Positions 56,968 to 64,000 of a DNA stretch of 64,000 nucleotides are shown in pieces. The stretch's first letter is position 1. Each line of letters begins with the position of its first letter. A program made the translations under genes and the position numbers. The DNA is taken from the NCBI GenBank assembly GCA_965217865.1, contig CBDCJO010000001.1, positions 552,972 to 616,971 on the forward strand. The letters are read 5' to 3'. This DNA comes from Candidatus Latescibacterota bacterium (lineage in GTDB: Bacteria > Latescibacterota > UBA2968 > SICM01). Under the pieces are notes generated by a model that searched no databases, was not told the origin of the DNA, and saw only the letters and a program-made list of their open reading frames with translations.

Positions 56968-57954
56968 TCATTCGATCTTCAAAAACGTCCCCCCTTGCCG
57001 CGCGGACTCCTGCGCGATCAGGCAGGCCTTGGATACCGCCAGAACGTCCCCCGTCGATATGAAATTCTCCTCTTCTCTTGAAATCGCCTCGATCATATCC
57101 TGTACGAACAGGTCGTCCCGGGACACGGGCATCTTTGGCTCATAGGTTCCCCGGTCGTCCGTCACGATCAGGAGATGATCCCCTGCATACGCCCGGAGGT
57201 GTGCGGATCCCCTTGTCCCCATGACGATCACCCGGGAATCTCCAAATGAACGGGAGTCCTGAGGGGTCAGCCAGTCCGCCGTCAGCAAGGCCATTGCGCC
57301 GTTGCTCAGTTCGAACGACGCCTGGATGTGGTCAACCAACCGAGGCTCCAGGTGCTTCTTGCAGGTCTCCAGTGCGTGAACGCCAATATATTCCGCTCCC
57401 GTCAGCCATCTCACCTGGTCTACCCCGTGGCACGCCAGGTCGTGGAACGTCCCGGTGTAAGCCCCAGGGTCAAAGTACCAGTCCGGACGCCACGGACCCA
57501 GCTTGTGCGGATGGGTCGAGATCAAACTCACGATCTCGCCGAGCACACCCTCGAGGATCGCGTCGCGCAGCGCCAAAAAAGGCGGATAGCTTCTGGATGT
57601 AAACCACATGGAGATCCGGATGTCCTCAGTCGCCTTCCGGATGCGCTCCCAGTCCTCCAGATTCCGACAGAGGGGCTTGTCGAGAAGCACATGAACCCCG
57701 GCCCTTCCGCACGCCGCCACCAGCGCAGCCTTCTCCCCGTGCGCGATACCCTCGAGGATCAGCTCCGGCCGGCCCTCCTCGAGCAGCTCATCTAGACTCT
57801 TATAGCGTGGGATCTTTCGATCCTTATTGTACTCATCGTATAGCGAATCATCCGCCTCAACGATCCCCACAACCTCCCCATCCTCCGCTTTTAAAGCCGA
57901 CTGGAACATCCCGCCGATATGCCCGTAATGCACGCCAACGACACCTATTCTCAT
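56968..57954 (-). CDS. Gfo/Idh/MocA-family oxidoreductase
   Basis: 328 aa. N-terminal Rossmann MRIGVVGVHYGHIG and EKPL-type motif LLDKPL. Confidence 0.8.
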   Translation of the reverse strand: MRIGVVGVHYGHIGGMFQSALKAEDGEVVGIVEADDSLYDEYNKDRKIPRYKSLDELLEEGRPELILEGIAHGEKAALVAACGRAGVHVLLDKPLCRNLEDWERIRKATEDIRISMWFTSRSYPPFLALRDAILEGVLGEIVSLISTHPHKLGPWRPDWYFDPGAYTGTFHDLACHGVDQVRWLTGAEYIGVHALETCKKHLEPRLVDHIQASFELSNGAMALLTADWLTPQDSRSFGDSRVIVMGTRGSAHLRAYAGDHLLIVTDDRGTYEPKMPVSRDDLFVQDMIEAISREEENFISTGDVLAVSKACLIAQESARQGGTFLKIE

Positions 57955-57978
57955 TGCCCTTCCTCCTCAACCAGTTCA

Positions 57979-58084
57979 TTGAATATTGAATATCGAGAAA
58001 TTGAATATTAGGGACAACTCAGTTGCCTTTCTTGTACCCTTATGGATCACACGCTTCAATATTCAATCTTCGATCTTCAATTTC
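57979..58084. repeat. AT-rich imperfect inverted-repeat element (TTGAATATTGAA family), copy 2
   Basis: TTGAATATTGAATATCGAGAAATTGAATATT ... TTCAATATTCAATCTTCGATCTTCAATTT. The right arm overlaps the 3' end of the next gene. Confidence 0.5.
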
Positions 58085-59244
58085 ACTTTCCCTCTCTTAT
58101 CAATCGCAAAGACGCTGCGCATTTCTTCGAACTCAGGAATGCTCGATTTTCCTTTCAGAGCCATTTCCGCAAGAACCCTTCCCGTCAACGGCCCGAACTT
58201 GAAACCGTGCCCCGAAAACCCCGCGCCGATCGAGATTCTTTGGTTCTCAGGATGCAGGTCGATGATGAAGTCCTCTGTCTCGGTATTCGTGTAAAGACAT
58301 AATTCCGAATCCACGAACCGTTCGACCGGGGGAACGAAGGTGTCCTCCAGGAATCCTCTCAGACGGTCGATCTCTATGGTATCCACCTTATCCCCAACTT
58401 CGTCCGGATCGTCGTCACATTCCTTGATCACGTGTCTGGCGACCTTGATTCCCTCCCTTCCAAACTCCGGAAGGCCGTAATACATCGTATTCCTACCGTA
58501 CCCCAGATCAGCCCATACGGGAAACCGTCCCAACCGATAATCCTCCGGTTCCCCGGCCAGCTTAAAATACCCGACCGTTTGTCGAGCTACCCGGGTCCTC
58601 TGCTTCAGGAAAGGCACCAACCGGGAGGTCCATGCCCCAGCAGTGATCACAAGCCGTTCGGCGTCAAAAGATCCGCGATTCGTCTCCACACGAATGGGAT
58701 CGCTTGCCGGATCCACGGAAAGGACCTGTGTCTCTTCGTGAACCTCTGTTCCGTATTGATGACACAGTCCCTGCAGGGCGGAGATCGTCTCACCCGCCGC
58801 GATCAGTCCCGAAGTACGATCGTGCAACACACCCTCAACGTTCTCGAACCGGAACATGGGGAACCTACGACGGGCTTCGTCCACCTCGAGATATTCGACG
58901 GCCACATCCACCTGGGAAACCGCCCGGGCATATTCTTCAAAAGATCCGTTGGGCGGACCATAAAAGCATCCCGGAGAGGGATGGATCAGCGTCCGGTCCG
59001 CGTCCCGTTCCAGCCTCGGCCATTCCTCGCCCTGGACCACCTTCAAAAGCCGGACATAGCCCGGATCTGGGTAGGCGCTCCTGGTGATCCGTGAGGTACC
59101 GTGCGAGCTGCCCCGGTCGTGTCCGATTCGAAACCGCTCGATGAGACCAATTCGCTTGCAGCCCAGCCGATGGAAGTGATAGACAGCCGACAGCCCGTTG
59201 ATACCCCCCCCGATCACCAGCGCCTCGAAAACCGTTCCTCCCAT
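58063..59244 (-). CDS. FAD-dependent oxidoreductase, monomeric sarcosine oxidase / N-methyltryptophan oxidase (SolA)-like
   Basis: 393 aa. VIGGGINGLS dinucleotide fold, and GSSHGTSRITRSAYPDPGYV as in the MSOX/SolA family. Confidence 0.75.
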   Translation of the reverse strand: MGGTVFEALVIGGGINGLSAVYHFHRLGCKRIGLIERFRIGHDRGSSHGTSRITRSAYPDPGYVRLLKVVQGEEWPRLERDADRTLIHPSPGCFYGPPNGSFEEYARAVSQVDVAVEYLEVDEARRRFPMFRFENVEGVLHDRTSGLIAAGETISALQGLCHQYGTEVHEETQVLSVDPASDPIRVETNRGSFDAERLVITAGAWTSRLVPFLKQRTRVARQTVGYFKLAGEPEDYRLGRFPVWADLGYGRNTMYYGLPEFGREGIKVARHVIKECDDDPDEVGDKVDTIEIDRLRGFLEDTFVPPVERFVDSELCLYTNTETEDFIIDLHPENQRISIGAGFSGHGFKFGPLTGRVLAEMALKGKSSIPEFEEMRSVFAIDKRGKVKLKIED

Positions 59245-59397
59245 CCGCTCCTCCCTTCCAAGACGTCAAACGTGAAACGTCAAACAAAACCTCATCCGGC
59301 TACTGCTACTGCCTTTGCATTTTCGATCCCTAACTTCTGACCCTGACCCTTGACTTTTGCATTCTCGACTTTTGCATCTTTCAATTTGCTATTCCTT

Positions 59398-59526
59398 CTT
59401 GACACCCCTCCCCCGGCCCCTCCCCGAAACGGGGAGGGGTGGGCAATGTGGTTGGAATTTGTCTAAATTACAGGCATTAGCCCCCTTCCCGTTTCGGGAA
59501 GGGGGTTTGGGGGTTAGGTGTGACAA
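59398..59526. repeat. G/C-rich double-hairpin intergenic element, copy A
   Basis: CCCCTCCCC-gaaac-GGGGAGGGG ... CCCCCTTCCC-gtttc-GGGAAGGGGG, framed by GACACCCCTCCCC / GGGGGTTAGGTGTGACA. Confidence 0.6.
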
Positions 59527-59569
59527 CCCATCGAATTTTTTCGTTCGTCAAAACTATCCTTTCACTCAC

Positions 59570-60283
59570 TCATGTCACCATCTCCTCCGTCAGATGGTCC
59601 ACCCGATTCAGAAATCGCATCTCAATCTTTTCCGGCGTGAAGTCCACACGACTGATCGCAGTATTGTTCTGCGTGAATCGTATATAAGGGCCGCCGCGGG
59701 GCAAACCGAAAAGAACATCCATCAGACTGTTTCCGAATCCGCCGTGCGTGACCATGCCGATCCGCTCCTCAGAGTCCGCAAGCCCTTGAAGCTCATCCGC
59801 GACCCGTTGGGAACGAGCATACCAGGCGTCCTCCCCCTCACAGTCGCCGTCCCACCATCCGTTCTCCCGAATCCCGTCCGGAAGGACGAAATTCGGGAAC
59901 CGCTCCTCGATCTCCTTGCGTCCCATACCCGGCAGCCCGACCGGGCCCCGTTCGTCCCCACGGTCCAGCCAAATCCCCCCGTGTTCGTGCACGTCGATCC
60001 AGACGTCGGGGGTGAGTCCCGTGGTGACCCGGATCGCCTCCGCCGTCTCGAACCCCCGAAGCATCGGACTCGCGTAGAGGCGTGTAAGCCGCAGCCCGCG
60101 CTCCCCGTCCCACGATCCGCACCGTGCCCAGTCCAGATCTTCCAACCGGCGGGCAACGAACTCAGCCTGTTGTCTGCCCAGGTCCGTCAGCGGAGGATCG
60201 CACACACGCTCTTTTCCATCTTCGACCGCATTGTTATACGATTGGCCGTGACGGATGATGTAGAGTTCCAATGTTCTATCCAA
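59570..60283 (-). CDS. histidine phosphatase (phosphoglycerate-mutase) family protein
   Basis: 237 aa. LYIIRHGQS (RHG motif) and a downstream VTHGG. Confidence 0.85.
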   Translation of the reverse strand: MDRTLELYIIRHGQSYNNAVEDGKERVCDPPLTDLGRQQAEFVARRLEDLDWARCGSWDGERGLRLTRLYASPMLRGFETAEAIRVTTGLTPDVWIDVHEHGGIWLDRGDERGPVGLPGMGRKEIEERFPNFVLPDGIRENGWWDGDCEGEDAWYARSQRVADELQGLADSEERIGMVTHGGFGNSLMDVLFGLPRGGPYIRFTQNNTAISRVDFTPEKIEMRFLNRVDHLTEEMVT

Positions 60284-61229
60284 ACCTTTCTCGTAGACGC
60301 GCCGCCGCCGTGGCCTCGTTCTTCAACTTTTGGTACGCCTCATCCAGAGGGATCTCCGCCGCGCTTCCGGGGGCGAAACCGCAGTCCGGGTTGAGTGTGA
60401 TGCGCTCCCGCGGGATGTACTTCATCGCCTCCTCGACCCGCCCCGCGATCTCCTCCGGCGTATCCACGTGCTCGCTCCGAACATCCACGCAGCCCACGCC
60501 GATCTCCTTATCCTCGGGCAGTTCCCTCAAGACTTCAAGATCCCCTGTGACCGGGATCGAAAACTCCATCACATACCCGTCCAGTTTTAGCCGTTGGAGA
60601 AACGGAATGATCGGTCCGTACCCCCCCTCCCCGATCCGGTTCAAAAGGTCGACGCATAGCCCGGCTTCCGTTTCCCAATCCTCATACTGGCTCCTCACCC
60701 TTTGATCCACGAAAAGACACAGATGGGGATCGTCAAACTGAACCACGTCCGAACCCGCATCGCGTACGGCGATCAGCTCATCTCGCAGGACCGGAACCAG
60801 GGCCTCCATAAAACTTTCCCGGGTCGGATAGACCCTGCGTGATTGTTCCGGATCCCACATTCGCTGACCAAGAAGGTAGGGTGAGGGCAGGCACACCTTG
60901 ACCTTCCGGTCGGTATTCTGCTTCAGGAACCGCACCTCTTCTGCTATGAAACCCTGATGTCGAACGCTCAGCGGCCTCACGACAGTGTGCCAGGACAGAC
61001 CCTCCTGCAGGCTGCGCTCGAACCCGTCGCATATCTCGGCGATGACCCCGATGTACGATCGCCGCCGCCATTCGCCATCCGAGATAATATCCAGGCCGGC
61101 CGCCTCCTGAAGCCCGATCGCAAACCTGACCGCCGTATCCATCCGTTTCTGGTAGACCTCTTGAGGAAGGGAATCCTGTTCCTCAAGGAGATCCCGGACA
61201 AACTGCGGCCGGGGCAGACTTCCGACCAC
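60276..61229 (-). CDS. cobalamin-independent methionine synthase II (MetE C-terminal-like) family protein
   Basis: 317 aa. MVGSLPRPQFV...DIISDGEWRR...VQFDDP...NPDCGF. Confidence 0.75.
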   Translation of the reverse strand: MVGSLPRPQFVRDLLEEQDSLPQEVYQKRMDTAVRFAIGLQEAAGLDIISDGEWRRRSYIGVIAEICDGFERSLQEGLSWHTVVRPLSVRHQGFIAEEVRFLKQNTDRKVKVCLPSPYLLGQRMWDPEQSRRVYPTRESFMEALVPVLRDELIAVRDAGSDVVQFDDPHLCLFVDQRVRSQYEDWETEAGLCVDLLNRIGEGGYGPIIPFLQRLKLDGYVMEFSIPVTGDLEVLRELPEDKEIGVGCVDVRSEHVDTPEEIAGRVEEAMKYIPRERITLNPDCGFAPGSAAEIPLDEAYQKLKNEATAAARLRERFG

Positions 61230-61308
61230 GGAAGCGGGAAACAGGTGTACCCGTGATTCGTGATCCGTGATCCGTCCATTTTCGCTTTCAATTTTGGAAT
61301 TCCATCTT

Positions 61309-61433
61309 AGGACCCCTCCCTCGGCCCCTCCCCTAAAGGAGAGGGGAGATCATACGTTTGAATTTTTGCGAAAATATAGGCGGCATCCCCCTTCCCTTTA
61401 GGGAAGGGGGCGCAGGGGGCTAGGTCTGACACT
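61309..61433. repeat. G/C-rich double-hairpin intergenic element, copy B
   Basis: CCCCTCCCCT-aaagga-GAGGGGAG ... CCCCCTTCCC-tttag-GGAAGGGGG ... GGGGGCTAGGTCTGACA. Same architecture as 59398-59526. Confidence 0.6.
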
Positions 61434-61483
61434 TGATTGAATTCTGTATGTTCGTCACGAATACTCTAATCCGGATTGCCCTC

Positions 61484-61611
61484 GTAGGGGCACGGCATGC
61501 CGTGCCCCTACACCAATTTATCGGGCCACCGGATTCTCGATTGGGGCGAGGCGATGCCTCGCCCAGTGATTCGTCCATATCCCATTGACGGGCGGACACA
61601 CAGGTCCGCCC
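61484..61611. repeat. cluster of three GC-rich palindromes (REP-like)
   Basis: GTAGGGGCACGGCATGCCGTGCCCCTAC (perfect palindrome), GGGCGAGGC-gat-GCCTCGCCC, GGGCGGAC-acacag-GTCCGCCC-CTAC. Confidence 0.6.
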
Positions 61612-61663
61612 CTACACACGACTTCTGGGCCTCCGACCCCTGACTTTGCCTTTCCTGCTACTG

Positions 61664-62413
61664 CTACTGCCACGATCTCATAGCTATTTCATAATCCTCC
61701 GTCGTATCCACCTCCATATAATCCCCGTGCGTATCCACCTTGTGCACCGGCACACCCTGTTCGATCATCTCCTGGATCATCTGGATGAAAAAAGCCTTCG
61801 CCACGGACTCAGCGCCCTGGAAGGAACGGCCGTCGTTCGCCCCCAGGACTCGTCCATAATGTTCCGTCAGCATCCTGGCACCCGCTGGGCTGAACATTGC
61901 AACGCCGATGAATTCTCCGTGGGCTTCTTCGGATTTGACATCCCTGCTGATGCGGGTCAGTCTATCCCCATCGGCCGTGACCTTCTCCGCATCCCCCTCG
62001 GGGTGCTGTGTGCGGATCTCGTAGCGCCTCCGCCAATCCGTATCCACGGCCAGCGTGACGTCGTGCGGACTGTCGACCAGATCCTGTATGATCCGGGGTC
62101 GAAAAAGGATATCTCCATAGGAGCATACGAACCCTTCTGAAAAATGCGACTCCGCGACAAAAAGAGAGGCAAGAATATTGTTCCGCTCCCATTCGGAATT
62201 GTGACAGAAAACCAGGGAGGGATACTCGGAGCGAACCTTTTCGATCTGATAACCGCCGATGAAAACTACCTCGCGGATACCCGCTGAATCGAATGCCTCC
62301 AGGGCCCAGTCCAGAATCCGCTTCCCTCCGATCTCCGCGAGACACTTCGGGGCATCCGTGGTGAGCGGCATCAGACGCTTCCCCCGTCCCGCACCGATGA
62401 TGATGGCTTTCAA
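61664..62413 (-). CDS. nucleotidyltransferase (LicC/sugar-phosphate or phosphocholine cytidylyltransferase-like)
   Basis: TTG 62413 has AGGAG 8 nt upstream. (M)KAIIIGAGRGKRLMPLT is the NTP-transferase G-loop. Confidence 0.7.
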   Translation of the reverse strand: MKAIIIGAGRGKRLMPLTTDAPKCLAEIGGKRILDWALEAFDSAGIREVVFIGGYQIEKVRSEYPSLVFCHNSEWERNNILASLFVAESHFSEGFVCSYGDILFRPRIIQDLVDSPHDVTLAVDTDWRRRYEIRTQHPEGDAEKVTADGDRLTRISRDVKSEEAHGEFIGVAMFSPAGARMLTEHYGRVLGANDGRSFQGAESVAKAFFIQMIQEMIEQGVPVHKVDTHGDYMEVDTTEDYEIAMRSWQ

Positions 62414-62669
62414 AATCCGGACTCCTGGGCAACTTTTACCTGAAATAACCCACATGCTCCACCGGTACCGCCCCATTTCAAACCGTCGCCCAATTTAAGG
62501 CCGGCCCATTTCTCTGTCAACGCAAATTCGGTCCGAAGGACCTCTTCGGGACCCAATAATGCCCCATCATGAACCCCTTTTCTCCCAAGTTGACAATAAC
62601 CGTACCTGATAGTATATTTTCGATCTCACAAAAAGGATAAATCATCGGAAACCATCAACTGGAGAGACT

Positions 62670-63698
62670 ATGTCAGGCGCAGACCAATTTACCATCGTCG
62701 GCGAAAACATCCACACCACACGGGCTTTGTCTAAAAAAGGAAAGAGAATCAAAATCCTGAAAGACGGCAGAGAGGGCATCCGCTTCAAGAATGCCGAAGG
62801 AAAAACCAGATTTCTCCGGGTTCCCCTGGAATATCGAAAAAAACAGGATTACGAGGAGGGACGGATCAAGCACGTACAGCTTGCGGTTCAGGCCGGGCTC
62901 TGGGGAGAAGGAGATGATCGGGAAAGAGGAATCGAATACATCCACAGTGAAGCCCGGCGTCAGGTGGCGGCCGGGGCGCATTTCCTCGACCTGAACGTGG
63001 ACGAAGTCTCCTTGAAACCAGAAGAGCAGCAGGAGGCGATGCGCTGGCTCGTCCCCATCGTCCGGACCCATTCTCCGATACCTCCATCCATCGATTCTTC
63101 GAACCCGGAGACCATCGAAGTGGGCCTGAAGGCATACGACGGAGGGTCCGGCCGGCCTCTGCTCAACTCAGCAGCTCTGGAGCGGCCGGAGGTCCTCGAT
63201 CTCGTCATGGAATTCGACTCCCGGGTGATCATCACCGCGTCCGGAGAAAGCGGGATGCCCGATGACGAAGAAGAACGGATGTCGAATATCGGGGAGATGA
63301 TGGGAATCGCCGAAACCAAAGGGATACCCAAGCGTGATATCTACATCGACGCCCTGGTCTTCCCGATCGCAGTCGATGCGCGTTTCGGAAATCACTACCT
63401 GGAGGCCGTGCGTCAATCCCGAAAATTTTTTGGGGACGAAGTCCACATCCTGGGAGGCCTGAGCAACGTGTCGTTCGGCATCCCGCAGCGCAAGCTCGTA
63501 AACGAAGTCTTTATCTCCCTTGCCGTGGAGGCCGGTGCGGACGGGGCTATCATGGATCCCCTTCAGAACCGCCTGGAGGAAGTGTTCAACCTCGATAAAA
63601 GCACGGAAGCCTACCGTTTTGCCCACGAGATGTTGACAGGCAAGGACGATTTTTGTGAAAAGTACATCGAAGCCTGGCGGGCGGGGAAATTGGGATAA
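62670..63698 (+). CDS. pterin-binding (DHPS-like) methyltetrahydrofolate:corrinoid-type methyltransferase
   Basis: 342 aa. IVGENIHTT, FLDLNVDE, SIDSSN, NSAALE and GGLSNVSFG fit the MeTr/MetH pterin-binding barrel. Confidence 0.75.
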   Translation: MSGADQFTIVGENIHTTRALSKKGKRIKILKDGREGIRFKNAEGKTRFLRVPLEYRKKQDYEEGRIKHVQLAVQAGLWGEGDDRERGIEYIHSEARRQVAAGAHFLDLNVDEVSLKPEEQQEAMRWLVPIVRTHSPIPPSIDSSNPETIEVGLKAYDGGSGRPLLNSAALERPEVLDLVMEFDSRVIITASGESGMPDDEEERMSNIGEMMGIAETKGIPKRDIYIDALVFPIAVDARFGNHYLEAVRQSRKFFGDEVHILGGLSNVSFGIPQRKLVNEVFISLAVEAGADGAIMDPLQNRLEEVFNLDKSTEAYRFAHEMLTGKDDFCEKYIEAWRAGKLG

Positions 63699-63750
63699 AG
63701 CCGTCGTAGGTTGTTCGTGAATCGTCGCTCGTATTCGCGGAGGGTTCCCA

Positions 63751-64000
63751 ATGGCCAAAGTAAGAATCATGTACTGGAAAGAGATCCCCGCCCAGGTCAA
63801 GGCCGAAGACGATGACCGGGAGATATCGATGCCCCTGCCCGATCGATTTCAGGAAGGCATCGACGAAATATCGATGTTCGACGGGAGCTATGAAGCCGAC
63901 GTATACTTGGAATCCTGGGAATGGGGGCCAGAGATCGAAGTGGAGGGATCCGCGGAGGAGGCCGGACAGGCGACCGTTAAGAGAATCGAGAGTGGATTTC
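63751..64000 (+). CDS. 'virulence factor' (PF13769-like) family protein; 3' end runs off the window
   Basis: Not in the track (no stop). GGAGGG RBS. MAKVRIMYWKEIPAQVKAEDDD... resembles the family often found next to pterin-binding methyltransferases. Confidence 0.55.
   Translation, partial: MAKVRIMYWKEIPAQVKAEDDDREISMPLPDRFQEGIDEISMFDGSYEADVYLESWEWGPEIEVEGSAEEAGQATVKRIESGF

Overview
GC-rich bacterial segment, probably from a metagenome assembly; I cannot assign a taxon by eye. It has three parts.

(1) 1-20.4 kb is core-like. It holds a membrane-anchored multihaem cytochrome c running off the left edge, one IS200/IS605 copy, and an SGNH-lipase/PhoD-phosphatase fusion next to a YbbA/YbbP-type ABC system. 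It also holds a GlpQ-type phosphodiesterase, a MoaD/ThiS-like carrier, a TIM-barrel protein, two B12-binding radical SAM enzymes, rpsU, ilvB, recD2 and a BamA/TamA-family outer-membrane protein.

(2) About 20.4-53.4 kb is an extremely mosaic accessory island. It contains:
- fragments or copies of at least seven IS families (IS110, IS256, IS200, IS630, IS3 x2 plus a third rve-type, IS481, IS1380 x1.25);
- decayed defence-type genes (Abi_C, DUF4011 helicase, DEAD-box helicase, N6-DNA methyltransferase, VapC, ImmA-UvrD, JAB);
- orphan CRISPR remnants of two repeat types;
- low-GC cassettes (two PRTase-like genes; a Zn-ribbon/membrane/GNAT trio);
- a duplicated lipoprotein module.

The one multi-gene module in the island that looks fully intact is a minus-strand operon at 24.8-27.0 kb. 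It encodes a multiubiquitin-like beta-grasp protein, a ThiF/E1-like enzyme with an N-terminal extension, a Cys/His DUF6527-like protein and two tiny ORFs. It is transcribed divergently from an XRE/ImmA pair laid out like CapH/CapP. This is my top candidate for an under-described ubiquitin-like conjugation or defence system.

(3) 53.4-64 kb is core-like again. It holds an HpcH aldolase, a 3.4-copy ~264-bp structured tandem repeat, a D-aminoacylase, a Gfo/Idh/MocA oxidoreductase, a SolA-like FAD oxidase, a histidine phosphatase, a MetE-like protein, a nucleotidyltransferase, a pterin-binding methyltransferase and a partial 'virulence factor' family gene. Several families of small palindromic intergenic repeats are interspersed.

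All family calls come from motif recognition by eye. No searches were run.
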